A stretch of 64,000 bases of DNA, taken from contig CAJTLR010000004.1 in assembly GCA_910577185.1 (NCBI GenBank), positions 21,399 to 85,398 on the forward strand, read 5' to 3'. The translations under genes and the position numbers were made by a program. Below are positions 1 to 9,596 of this stretch, piece after piece. The notes under the pieces are model-generated. The model saw only the letters and a program-made list of their open reading frames with translations. It was not told the origin of the DNA and did not search any database. How positions within the stretch are numbered: the stretch's first letter is position 1; every line of letters begins with the position of its first letter. The DNA is from an uncultured Acetatifactor sp. (GTDB lineage: Bacteria > Bacillota > Clostridia > Lachnospirales > Lachnospiraceae).

Positions 1-997
1 AGAACTGCAGACAGCCATGGATGAACTGGGAATCAGCCGGACAGACCTGCTGGATGCCTCGAAGCTGGGAGAACTTCTCCTGGGACTTGGCGGTGCCAAA
101 GATTCTTATGCGCTGATCACGGACGAGAAACTGTATGACAATTACCGGATGCTCATGGGACAGCTGGATACGGTCCTTGAGGACTGTGCGGATGAACTGG
201 GAGCAGAGCCGGAAACGCTTCTCACATTGCTGAAAGAAGGCTTCGGAGAGGAGACAGTGCCTGAGAACATGCTGACGGCAGAGGGAACGGAAGACACCCC
301 GGAACAGCCCGCAGCTGCCGCGAACAGCGAAGCGCCGGTGATAACGGTGGAAGTGGACGGAGTTCAGGAAGAACAGACAGCGTCCGGACAGGGCCGGGAG
401 CAGATGACGGGAGGCGAAAAACATTCCGGGGAAAAGGCAGATAAGGGCGAGCAGATGAATCTGTTTGCACAGAATCCCAGAATGGAGAACTTCCAGCCGG
501 AACTGCAGACTGCCCGGGAGGTACCCGGGAACAATCCCTGGAATGCCGAAACCAGGCAGATCATGAACCAGATACTGGATTACATGAAACTTCAGCTGAA
601 TGCGGAAACCACAAACCTGGAGATGCAGCTGCATCCCGCAAGTCTTGGAACCGTTCAGGTACAGCTGGCTTCCAAGGGCGGAATGGTTACGGCGAACTTC
701 ATTGCGCAGAACGAGACAGTGAAGGCGGCGCTGGAGAGTCAGATGGTCCAGCTCAGGGACCAGTTTGAACAGCAGGGCGTGAAGGTAGAGGCCATCGAAG
801 TGACCGTGCAGACCCATGAGTTTGAGCGCAACCTGGAGCAGGGCAGGGGCAGAAACCAGCAGGAATCCGGAAGGCGCGGCCGTGCCAGAAGGATCAATAC
901 TGGTGACAGACTGACCATGGAGGATCTGGAAGAGGAAGACGCACTGAGGGCCGATATGCTGGCGGCAGACGGAAGTACGGTGAGTTACACGGTATAA
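1..997 (+). CDS. fliK: Flagellar hook-length control protein (5' partial)
   Basis: Frame is open from the window edge; C-terminal FliK domain signature (MQLHPASLGTVQVQL...LESQMVQLRDQFEQQGVKVEAIEV); directly upstream of flgD. Confidence 0.9.
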   Translation, partial: ELQTAMDELGISRTDLLDASKLGELLLGLGGAKDSYALITDEKLYDNYRMLMGQLDTVLEDCADELGAEPETLLTLLKEGFGEETVPENMLTAEGTEDTPEQPAAAANSEAPVITVEVDGVQEEQTASGQGREQMTGGEKHSGEKADKGEQMNLFAQNPRMENFQPELQTAREVPGNNPWNAETRQIMNQILDYMKLQLNAETTNLEMQLHPASLGTVQVQLASKGGMVTANFIAQNETVKAALESQMVQLRDQFEQQGVKVEAIEVTVQTHEFERNLEQGRGRNQQESGRRGRARRINTGDRLTMEDLEEEDALRADMLAADGSTVSYTV

Positions 998-1069
998 TGC
1001 TGACGCAGAATCAGACCGCGGGACGAACCGGAAAATGTAAGTAAGGAATAAAAGGAAAGGAGAAACAGT

Positions 1070-1816
1070 ATGGCATTAATGGCACCCGTGGAAAACGGGC
1101 AGATTGTGGAGACAGAATCCCAGAAATCCCTGAAGAAGCAGCTGACAGCCGAAAAGAACGGAATGGACAAAGACGCTTTCCTGCAGCTTCTGGTGGCGCA
1201 GATGCAGTATCAGGATCCGCTGGAACCTACCTCCAACACGGAATTTATTTCGCAGTATGCACAGTTCTCCCAGGTGGAGCAGATGCAGAATCTGGCAGCC
1301 ACTTCGGAACTGTCCAGGGCCACTTCTCTGGTGGGCACCCATGTCTATGTCAAGACCACCGGCTCCGATGGAGAACCTACCTATAAGTATGGCAAGGTGG
1401 ATTATGTGGCATTTGAGAACAATAAGGCATATGTTTCCATTGAAGAAGAGCTTTATTCCATCGACGACGTGGACACTGTCGTGGATCTGGAATACAAGAA
1501 TGCATTTGACAAGGCATATAACTTTACGATCAAGATGAATAAGCTTCCGAATCCGAACCGCATTGATATGTCCAACGCGGAAGATATCGACGAACTTGAG
1601 AAGACTTACAATGAAATGACGGATTATGAGAAGAGCTTCATTGCCACGGATACGGTCAAGACGCTGAACAAGTACATTGAGAGACTGAAGGAAATACGGG
1701 CAGCCGCGGAAGAGGCCGACAAGAATGACGAAGAAAACAGCGACGGGGAATCCGGGGATGAAGGAACCGGGGAAGATACCGGTACAGAGGGAACGGAAGG
1801 CGCTTCAAAAGCATAA
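1070..1816 (+). CDS. flgD: Flagellar hook capping protein with C-terminal extension
   Basis: DKDAFLQLLVAQMQYQDPLEP...EFISQYAQFSQVEQM motif. Confidence 0.95.
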   Translation: MALMAPVENGQIVETESQKSLKKQLTAEKNGMDKDAFLQLLVAQMQYQDPLEPTSNTEFISQYAQFSQVEQMQNLAATSELSRATSLVGTHVYVKTTGSDGEPTYKYGKVDYVAFENNKAYVSIEEELYSIDDVDTVVDLEYKNAFDKAYNFTIKMNKLPNPNRIDMSNAEDIDELEKTYNEMTDYEKSFIATDTVKTLNKYIERLKEIRAAAEEADKNDEENSDGESGDEGTGEDTGTEGTEGASKA

Positions 1817-1834
1817 AAAAAGGAGTTTACAAGG

Positions 1835-2248
1835 ATGGAGATTCAGGGCAATGGGTATATTTCCATTGAGCAGCTGACGGATCAGTATCTGGGAAAAAAG
1901 ACGCAGGTCCGAAAAGCCACGGATGGCAAAGTCCTGGAGAACTTAGCATCACAGGGCATGTCCTTTCGGGACGTTTTGGAGCAGAAGACATCGGGGGAAC
2001 TGAAGTTTTCCAAGCATGCTGCAGGAAGGCTTGCAGACCGCAAGATCGAACTCAGCGACAGCCAGCTGATGCGGCTGGAATCCGGGACGAAGAAAGCGGG
2101 ACAGAAGGGTATCAGGGATTCGCTGGTGATTGTGGATCAGCTGGCGTTTATCGTAAACATACCCAACCAGACTGTTGTCACTGCCATGGACAGTACAGAG
2201 GCAGAGGAAAACATATTCACGAATATCAACGGAGCAGTGATTGTATAA
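1835..2248 (+). CDS. Flagellar operon protein (TIGR02530-type)
   Basis: LKFSKHAAGRL...N.TVVTAMD...NIFTNINGAVI motifs; canonical position between flgD and flgE. Confidence 0.88.
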   Translation: MEIQGNGYISIEQLTDQYLGKKTQVRKATDGKVLENLASQGMSFRDVLEQKTSGELKFSKHAAGRLADRKIELSDSQLMRLESGTKKAGQKGIRDSLVIVDQLAFIVNIPNQTVVTAMDSTEAEENIFTNINGAVIV

Positions 2249-2294
2249 CCGGACCTTTCAGGAGGTTACAGCTTCTCGAATGACAGAGAGGGGC
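2247..2294 (+). promoter_or_regulatory. Candidate two-hairpin RNA element upstream of flgE
   Basis: AACC-GGA-CCT-TTC-AGG-A-GGTT hairpin (2247-2267), then GCTTCTC/GAGGGGC stem (2271-2277/2288-2294); no U-tract. Confidence 0.45.
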
Positions 2295-2332
2295 ATATAT
2301 GCTCCGTTCCAAATCAGGAGGAACAAATTACT

Positions 2333-4090
2333 ATGATGAGATCACTTTTTTCTGGTGTGTCGGGTCTTAAGACACATCAGACCAGAATGGACGTTATCGG
2401 TCATAATATTGCCAACGTCAACACTGTTGCATACAAATCAAGTTCCATGACCTTTGCGTCGCTGATGAGCCAGACCACGCAGAAGGCCAGCGGCGCCAAC
2501 TCCAGCACGGGAACCGGCGGTGTCAATCCCAGACAGATCGGTCTCGGTGTGAAGACCAGCGCCATCAATGTCAATATTACCGGGCAGGGCGCCAGCCAGT
2601 CTACGGGTAATCCCTTTGACATCATGATCACCGGCCAGAATTTCTTTGTAGTCAACAACGGCACGGAGAATTACTTTACCAGGGATGGTTCTTTCTATGT
2701 GGACGGAGCCGGAAACCTGGCCATGACCAGCACCGGTTACAATGTTATGGGCTGGCAGGTGGATGAGGAGACCGGCGCCATCAAGAAGGATACGGTGTCC
2801 GCACTGCGTATCATGAATACCGCAAATATGACATATCCCCCTGAGGCTACCACTTTGGGCTATATGTCCGGTATCATTGACAAACTGGACACGGATGTGA
2901 CCAGCGCCAACGGCAGGGTGGTAAATTTCAAATTCTATGACTCCCTGGGCTACAGCTATACCGCAAAGTTTGTGTTCAAACAGTCGGACAGCGATGCAAA
3001 AAATGTGTACAGTCTGGAGCTTGACAAGATCATAGACGCGGATGGAAAAGAGATAGACCTGACAACCGCCCCGGGTGCGGCCGCTTTGTTTGGAAGCAGC
3101 CAGATGCAGGAACTGGCCGACACGGTGAAACTTGGGAAGGATTATGCGTGGGATGCCGCAACTGGACAATTAGAGGATCCGGATACGAATGCAGTGGCAA
3201 GCCTGACGGACATTAGGAATAACACTCCCGGAACCATAAAGGATAAGGACGGAAATGATGTTTCTGTAGAGCAGCAGCTGGATAATCTTGCCAAGGCGTA
3301 TGGTTATGAAGGTGCAACGGATGAATTCCTAAACCTGGTATATGAGGTTGATGCTACAACTGACCCGGCAGTGACATGTACGGTAAAGAATATGATATAT
3401 GGTGAAAAGTGTTCTGACGGGACGACCCAGGCACCTACTTTGGATAGCTTTACCGCCAACAATGGCGATGGCAGCTTCGATACCATCGGCCGTATGTTTA
3501 CAGGTGTGACAGTTACCTATGATGCTTCCAACGGTAAGTTCCAGCAGGTGGACGGCAGCGGCAGCAACACTACAGTGAAGCTGAACCTGAGCGGTATCGG
3601 CAACGGTAATTTCGAGGACATTACCATTGACATGTCCGGCACTTCCAATGTTGATAACAAGGGAACCTCCACCATTGGCGCTACCAACGGAGCGGATGAC
3701 GAGTTCAACAGCGGTTCCGGACGCAGGAACGGCGCCATGATCGGTGTTTCTATTCAGCAGAACGGTATGATTTACGCAAGTTACGACAATGGTATGACAA
3801 AGCTTTTAGGACAGATTGCCACAGCCAAGTTTGCCAATGCGTCAGGTCTGGAGAAGCTGGCAGATAACCTGTACTCTGCCACATTGAACTCCGGTCTCTT
3901 TGACGGTATCGGCGTGGATATCACGGCAGACGGCGATTATATGTCCACGGGCCAGCTGGAGATGAGTAATGTAGATCTGTCTTCGGAATTCACGGAGATG
4001 ATCACGACCCAGCGTGGTTTCCAGGCAAACAGCCGTATCATAACAGTATCAGATACGCTTTTGGAAGAATTAACTAACCTGAAGAGATAA
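2333..4090 (+). CDS. flgE: Flagellar hook protein
   Basis: MMRSLFSGVSGLKTHQTRMDVIGHNIAN N-terminus; LEMSNVDLSSEFTEMITTQRGFQANSR C-terminus. Confidence 0.96.
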   Translation: MMRSLFSGVSGLKTHQTRMDVIGHNIANVNTVAYKSSSMTFASLMSQTTQKASGANSSTGTGGVNPRQIGLGVKTSAINVNITGQGASQSTGNPFDIMITGQNFFVVNNGTENYFTRDGSFYVDGAGNLAMTSTGYNVMGWQVDEETGAIKKDTVSALRIMNTANMTYPPEATTLGYMSGIIDKLDTDVTSANGRVVNFKFYDSLGYSYTAKFVFKQSDSDAKNVYSLELDKIIDADGKEIDLTTAPGAAALFGSSQMQELADTVKLGKDYAWDAATGQLEDPDTNAVASLTDIRNNTPGTIKDKDGNDVSVEQQLDNLAKAYGYEGATDEFLNLVYEVDATTDPAVTCTVKNMIYGEKCSDGTTQAPTLDSFTANNGDGSFDTIGRMFTGVTVTYDASNGKFQQVDGSGSNTTVKLNLSGIGNGNFEDITIDMSGTSNVDNKGTSTIGATNGADDEFNSGSGRRNGAMIGVSIQQNGMIYASYDNGMTKLLGQIATAKFANASGLEKLADNLYSATLNSGLFDGIGVDITADGDYMSTGQLEMSNVDLSSEFTEMITTQRGFQANSRIITVSDTLLEELTNLKR

Positions 4091-4097
4091 TTTTTTC

Positions 4098-4126
4098 TCG
4101 CATTATCCAGCCAGATGTGTTATAAT
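4098..4126 (+). promoter_or_regulatory. Putative internal sigma-A promoter upstream of flbD-motAB
   Basis: TCGCAT-N17-TATAAT with extended TGn. Confidence 0.5.
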
Positions 4127-4429
4127 GGGGGGCAGGGGTTCTGTCCCCCGTATTTGTGCACACGGGTGCATAAGGAAAATTGTTACTGACGCAACATGCA
4201 CCCGGCGCAGCGAGTCGTGGAGAAGAGCGTTCCCCTACTTGATTACATGGAGACAGGGTGCTTGCGGGAATTGCTTTCGGAATTTCCAGGGGGATTGCAG
4301 CACTTTTCCGCGGATGGGAGCCTTTGTGTGCAGACCGGAAGTTTTTTCTGCAGACGGGCCGGCATGGAATAAGGTGGTGGCAGGTATGACAAGATAGCAT
4401 GACAGGTGGTTTTGAGGTGGAAAAGCAGG

Positions 4430-4615
4430 ATGATTGAAGTGACAAAACTGAACGGTACAAAGATTTTGGTGAATCCGCATCTGTTCGAGGTGGTGGAGGA
4501 AACCCCTGATACGGTGATCACACTCACCACAGGAAAAAAAATAATTGTAAAAGAAAGTAGACAAGAGATAAAAAATCTTGTAAAATCATATAGAAAGGGT
4601 ATTTTTGCGGAATAA
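4430..4615 (+). CDS. flbD: Flagellar protein FlbD/SwrD
   Basis: MIEVTKLNG...VNPHLFEVVEETPDTVITLTTGKK; upstream of motA. Confidence 0.92.
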   Translation: MIEVTKLNGTKILVNPHLFEVVEETPDTVITLTTGKKIIVKESRQEIKNLVKSYRKGIFAE

Positions 4616-4646
4616 TCAAAAGAAGCAAAAGAATTAGGTGATTTTC

Positions 4647-5441
4647 GTGGATATTGCGTCTTTACTTGGTATTATTTTATGTTTTGTGATGATGATCTTC
4701 GGTATCTGGAACGGCGCCGGCATTGAGAATCTGGTCAAGGAATATGCGGATGTGTCCTCTGCCATCATTACTTTCGGTGGAGCTTTTGCCGCTACCCTGA
4801 CGTCACACAGCCTGCAGGACTACATAAACGGCCTGAAAAGCTTCACGCTGGTGTTCAAGGCCCCGGCCTTAAATACTTCCGAGATGATCCGAAAGATCAT
4901 TGACTTGTCCAACGTGGCACGTAAGGAGGGCCTGCTGTCCCTGGAGGAAGCGGCAGCCGATATGGATGATGCCTTCCTGAAGAAGGGAATTTTGCTGATG
5001 GTAGACGGTACGGATCCGGAACTGGTACGTGCCATCATGGAGACGGAGCTGGTGAGCATCGAAGGGCGTCATAAGAACTGCATCGGTTTCTGGGATACCC
5101 TGGGAGCCATGGGTCCTGCCTGGGGTATGATCGGTACCCTGATCGGTCTGGTCGACATGTTGTACCACATGGATAATGTGGCCACACTGGGACCTGCCAT
5201 GGCCGTGGCCCTGATTACCACTTTTTACGGTTCGGTTCTTGCCAACGCCATCTGTATTCCGGTGTCAAACAAGCTGAAAGCCGACAACGCGGCAGAAATG
5301 ATGCTGAAAGAGGTTATGATAGAAGGCCTGCTTTCCATCCAGGCGGGAGAGAACCCCAGGGTTATTGAGGAAAAACTGAAATCCTTCCTTTCTCCTAAAG
5401 ACAGGGAAGCTGCCGGAGGAGATGCAGGGGGTGAGGAATAA
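4647..5441 (+). CDS. motA: Flagellar stator protein A
   Basis: ARKEGLLSLE, GPAWGMIGTLIGLV and ALITTFYG motifs; GTG start chosen by RBS spacing. Confidence 0.96.
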   Translation: MDIASLLGIILCFVMMIFGIWNGAGIENLVKEYADVSSAIITFGGAFAATLTSHSLQDYINGLKSFTLVFKAPALNTSEMIRKIIDLSNVARKEGLLSLEEAAADMDDAFLKKGILLMVDGTDPELVRAIMETELVSIEGRHKNCIGFWDTLGAMGPAWGMIGTLIGLVDMLYHMDNVATLGPAMAVALITTFYGSVLANAICIPVSNKLKADNAAEMMLKEVMIEGLLSIQAGENPRVIEEKLKSFLSPKDREAAGGDAGGEE

Positions 5442-6265
5442 TGGCAAAGCGCAAGGAAGAGGCGCCACCGGCCGGTGCGCCGGCGTGGATGGCAACATTC
5501 AGTGACCTGATGAACCTTCTGCTCTGCTTTTTCGTCATGCTTTTTGCCATGTCCAGTATTGAGGAAGCCAAGCTGCAGGAGTTCGTGTCTGCCATGAATA
5601 ATACATTCAGTATATTTGAAGGGGGAGCGACGGCCATAGGCGATGGCTTTCTGATCAGCAACGGTGTCAGCCAGCTGAATGAACTGGACCAGTATATCAA
5701 CAGTACGGGCAAGGTGGCAGACAGCGAAACGGACGGAGAGCAGCTGGAAGAATTTGAGAAGTCTCCCGATGCAATGGAAGAGATGCTGGAGGAGAAGCGG
5801 CTCCAGGAAAATGAAGAGCGGGTGGAATCCATAGAGGAAGCCCTGCAGGAGAGCGAGATTGCAGATGAGGTGGAGCTGAGTTTTACCGCCCAGTATGTGA
5901 AGCTTACCATGAACGGCGGCCTGCTGTTCGATTCGGGAAGCGCGCAGCTGAAGGAAGAGGCACAGCAGATTATTGATAAAGTGGGGAAGATCCTGGAACG
6001 TTATGGGGAGGGGAGCATAGAAATAGAGGGACACACAGATAATGTTCCCATCAACAGCGCCCAGTTTCCCAGCAATGAAGAACTGAGCAGTGCCAGGGCA
6101 ATGTCCGTCTTTTATTATTTGCTGGATACCACTTCCTTAAATCCCGTGGATATCAAACACGCAGGGATGGGAGAGCGGGTACCCATTGCCGACAATGCCA
6201 CACCGGAGGGCAGGAGCAGGAACCGCAGGGTTGAAATTTTAATCTATAATCCATCCGTCAGATAA
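5441..6265 (+). CDS. motB: Flagellar stator protein B
   Basis: WMATFSDLMNLLLCFFV TM with conserved Asp; OmpA-like EGHTDN...NRRVEI. Confidence 0.96.
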   Translation: MAKRKEEAPPAGAPAWMATFSDLMNLLLCFFVMLFAMSSIEEAKLQEFVSAMNNTFSIFEGGATAIGDGFLISNGVSQLNELDQYINSTGKVADSETDGEQLEEFEKSPDAMEEMLEEKRLQENEERVESIEEALQESEIADEVELSFTAQYVKLTMNGGLLFDSGSAQLKEEAQQIIDKVGKILERYGEGSIEIEGHTDNVPINSAQFPSNEELSSARAMSVFYYLLDTTSLNPVDIKHAGMGERVPIADNATPEGRSRNRRVEILIYNPSVR

Positions 6266-6300
6266 GGCTGGATAAGAATAGAAGAAAGGGTTTTGCAGAC

Positions 6301-6828
6301 ATGAAAAAGAATTTACTGAGTGTGCTGATACTGGTTCTGATGATCGTAAATATTGTATTGTCAGCAGTTATGATGATGAATATCATCAGCACGAACAAAA
6401 AGACGGCTGAATTGATGGACAGCATTGCGGTGGCAATGAACCTGGAGCTTTACAGTCCGGGAGAAGGCCCCACAGTGGCGTTATCTGACACGGATACCCA
6501 TTCCATGGGATCACAGACCATCCAGCTGGCACGGTCCCAGGCGGCCGGGGAAGCAGGCAGCGGAAAAGATGTGTATATTGTGTTTGACATTGCCCTGCTG
6601 ATGGATAAGACCCATGCGGATTATGCTGCCTATGGGGAGACTATCGCCAGCTACGACGAGGTGATCAAAAATACAGTGTCTGCCGTGGTGAGCCGTTACA
6701 CTGAAGATGAGTGCCGTGCTTCTTTCACGGAGGATATCAGGAATGAGATTCTCGAGGCCCTCCAGAATGAATTTCAGTCGAAATTCATATATGGAGTTAC
6801 TCTCAGCAATATAAAATACGGTGGTTGA
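6301..6828 (+). CDS. fliL: Flagellar basal-body-associated protein
   Basis: N-terminal TM, 175 aa, between motB and fliM. Confidence 0.8.
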   Translation: MKKNLLSVLILVLMIVNIVLSAVMMMNIISTNKKTAELMDSIAVAMNLELYSPGEGPTVALSDTDTHSMGSQTIQLARSQAAGEAGSGKDVYIVFDIALLMDKTHADYAAYGETIASYDEVIKNTVSAVVSRYTEDECRASFTEDIRNEILEALQNEFQSKFIYGVTLSNIKYGG

Positions 6829-6877
6829 TGGGAGAGACATAAGTGATGCAAAAGCATGTGACAGGAGGTGAGCTTGT

Positions 6878-7858
6878 GTGGCCGAGATTCTTTCTCAGGC
6901 GGAAATTGATGCCCTGCTGAACGCGATGTCCACTGGTGAACTGGACGCTGACCAGATGCAGCAAAAGGATGAGAAAAAGGTCAGGAATTATGATTTCAGC
7001 CGTCCTACCAAATTTTCAAAAGAACATTTGAGGACATTGGAAATTATATTTGAACATTATGCCCGGTTGATTTCCACAAATCTTCCGGTGTATCTCCGCA
7101 AAAACGTACAGGTTTCAGTGGTGGGATCCGAAGCCATTACATTTAATGAGTTTACGAATTCCTTATCCAGCCCTATCATCATGGGGATTATTAATTTTAT
7201 GCCCTTGAACGGTTCGATTATCATGGAACTGGGTATCAACCTTGGATATGCGATGCTGGACCGCATGCTGGGAGGAAGCGGGGTGCCTTTGGAGAAAGGC
7301 AGGGAATTTTCCGAGATAGAACAGATCATCATTGAGAAGATCTTGGTGATGTTCACCCAGCTGCTCAGGGAACCGTGGAAAAACGTTATCGATATATCAC
7401 CTGTGCTGAGCCGGCTGGAGACAAACTCACAGTTTGCACAGGTCATAGCACCCAGTGACATGGTTGCCATTGTGACACTGGAGATAAGAATCGGGGATGT
7501 AGAGGGCTTCATGAATATCTGTCTTCCGTTCTTTACCTTGGAAGATGTCATGGATAAGCTGAATACCAAGTACTGGTATTCCACCATGCAGGAGAACCAT
7601 GACGAGAATTATGAGGCATATATTGAATCCCTGATCCGGAAAGTGGATGTGCCTATCAGGGCTGTGCTTGGCAAGAGTTCCATTTCCGTAAATGATTTCC
7701 TGAATCTGCAGGTGGGAGACTGTATCCGGCTTGATTCCGGTGTGGATCAGGATATGAATATTTATGTAGGCAATATCAAAAAATTTACCGCGTTACCCGG
7801 CACTGAAAGAGACTCTTATGCTGTCAGGATTACATCGGTTATTAGAGAGGAGGAATAA
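6878..7858 (+). CDS. fliM: Flagellar motor switch protein
   Basis: LSQAEIDALL CheY-binding peptide; YDFSRPTKFSKEHLRTL. Confidence 0.97.
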   Translation: MAEILSQAEIDALLNAMSTGELDADQMQQKDEKKVRNYDFSRPTKFSKEHLRTLEIIFEHYARLISTNLPVYLRKNVQVSVVGSEAITFNEFTNSLSSPIIMGIINFMPLNGSIIMELGINLGYAMLDRMLGGSGVPLEKGREFSEIEQIIIEKILVMFTQLLREPWKNVIDISPVLSRLETNSQFAQVIAPSDMVAIVTLEIRIGDVEGFMNICLPFFTLEDVMDKLNTKYWYSTMQENHDENYEAYIESLIRKVDVPIRAVLGKSSISVNDFLNLQVGDCIRLDSGVDQDMNIYVGNIKKFTALPGTERDSYAVRITSVIREEE

Positions 7859-7861
7859 ACA

Positions 7862-9220
7862 ATGGACGGGTTGTCTCAAGACGAGATAAACGCATTATTA
7901 GCTGGCATGGATTTGTCCGATGACGATGAGTCGGGAACGATGGATAATAATGAAGAAATCATGGATTTAGTGGATATTACTCCAGCTGGGGGAGATGAGC
8001 TCCTTTCTGATGTGGAAAAAGATGCCATTGGAGAGGTTGCCAATATCAGTATGGGTTCCTCTGCCACTACATTGTATTCCCTGGTAAACAGAAAGGTCAA
8101 TATTACCACCCCGGTGGTGGAATTTGCCACATGGGATAATCTCCTGACACAATATGAAAGACCATGTGTATTTATACAGATAAAATACACGGTGGGGCTG
8201 GATGGCACCAATATCCTGATTCTGAAGGAACATGACGTAAAGGTGATCACGGACCTGATGATGGGAGGTGACGGCACCAATACGGAGGGAGAACTTGGTG
8301 AACTGCACTTAAGCGCCATCTCCGAGGCCATGAACCAGATGATGGGAGCTTCAGCCACGTCCCTTTCCACCATGATGCAGACCAAGATCGATATCAGTCC
8401 GCCAGAGGCTTCCCTGCTGGATCTGGCCCAGGTGGCCCACGGGGAAGATGTATCGCCGTTCCTGGGAGGGACTTTTGTAAAAATATCTTTCCGCATGCAG
8501 ATTGACGACTTGGTGGATAGTTCCATCATGCAGCTGTATCCGGTGGATTTTGCCCGCAGGGTGGTGGATACATTTATGAATTCACAGAGCGGTTCCACGG
8601 CCGAGGCAGATTCCAAGGCTTCCGAACCGGCACCTGCCACGCCGGCTCCCGGTATGGGAACAGCGCCCCAGATGGATGCGAGTGCCATGAACATGGGCAT
8701 GCCCGGCGGTATGGCGCCCCAGATGGATACGAATGCCATGAATATGGGAATGAATCCCCAGATGATGAACATGGGAATGAACCCCCAGATGATGGGGATG
8801 GGGATGAACCCTCAGATGATGGGGATGGGAATGAATCCCCAGATGATGGGAATGGGGATGAATCCCCAGATGATGAACATGGGAATGAACCCTCAGATGG
8901 GAATGCCTGGGGCCGCAGCACAGAATATCAATGTCCAGCCGGCCCAGTTCCAGAGTTTTTCCGGCGATGGAGGGGTGATCGCGGGTCAGGAGAATATTGG
9001 CCTGATCATGGATGTTCCGCTGAATGTCACCGTAGAACTTGGCCGTACGACCAAGTCGATTTCCGAAATTCTTGACTTTGCACCCGGCACGATTATTGAA
9101 TTGGAGCGTATTGCCGGTGAACCCATAGACGTACTGGTAAATGGCAAGTTCGTGGCAAAGGGGGAAGTAGTAGTAATTGAAGAAAGCTTCGGTGTGAGAG
9201 TAACAGAGATTATCAAGTAG
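7862..9220 (+). CDS. fliY: Flagellar switch phosphatase (CheC-like domains plus FliN domain)
   Basis: LSQDEINALL; DAIGEVANISMG and SAISEAMNQMMG phosphatase motifs; C-terminal SpoA/FliN domain. Confidence 0.95.
   Translation: MDGLSQDEINALLAGMDLSDDDESGTMDNNEEIMDLVDITPAGGDELLSDVEKDAIGEVANISMGSSATTLYSLVNRKVNITTPVVEFATWDNLLTQYERPCVFIQIKYTVGLDGTNILILKEHDVKVITDLMMGGDGTNTEGELGELHLSAISEAMNQMMGASATSLSTMMQTKIDISPPEASLLDLAQVAHGEDVSPFLGGTFVKISFRMQIDDLVDSSIMQLYPVDFARRVVDTFMNSQSGSTAEADSKASEPAPATPAPGMGTAPQMDASAMNMGMPGGMAPQMDTNAMNMGMNPQMMNMGMNPQMMGMGMNPQMMGMGMNPQMMGMGMNPQMMNMGMNPQMGMPGAAAQNINVQPAQFQSFSGDGGVIAGQENIGLIMDVPLNVTVELGRTTKSISEILDFAPGTIIELERIAGEPIDVLVNGKFVAKGEVVVIEESFGVRVTEIIK
8744..8902 (+). repeat. 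Coding tandem repeat, about six 27-bp units (MGMNPQMM[N/G]) in the FliY linker
   Basis: Six MNPQM units with synonymous variation; preceded by two APQMDxxAMNMGM units. Confidence 0.92.
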
Positions 9221-9233
9221 GAGGAAATTTGAG

Positions 9234-9596
9234 ATGGCAAAAAATATTTTGATCTGCGATGACGCGGCGTTCATGAGGATGATGATCAAGAACACCCTGA
9301 CCAAAGGCGGTTACAATGTTGCAGGTGAGGCAGAGAACGGCGCGAAGGCTGTGGAGAAGTACAAGGAACTTTCCCCTGATCTTGTGCTGATGGATATTAC
9401 GATGCCCGAGATGGACGGCATCCAGGCCCTGAAAGAGATCAAGAAAATTGACGGAAATGCAAAGGTAATCATGTGTTCTGCCATGGGACAGCAGGCCATG
9501 GTGGTGGAGTCCATTCAGGCAGGTGCAAGGGACTTTATCGTCAAGCCCTTCCAGGAGGACCGTGTCCTTGAGGCTGTAAAGAAGGTCATCGGCTGA
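9234..9596 (+). CDS. cheY: Chemotaxis response regulator
   Basis: Stand-alone receiver: ICDDAAFMRMM, MDITMPEMDG, FIVKPF. Confidence 0.95.
   Translation: MAKNILICDDAAFMRMMIKNTLTKGGYNVAGEAENGAKAVEKYKELSPDLVLMDITMPEMDGIQALKEIKKIDGNAKVIMCSAMGQQAMVVESIQAGARDFIVKPFQEDRVLEAVKKVIG

Noticed and set aside
4170..4200. c-di-GMP-I riboswitch (GGAAAA...GACGCAA resemblance)
   Set aside because: Lacks the GNRA-capped stem between these motifs and the following receptor stem
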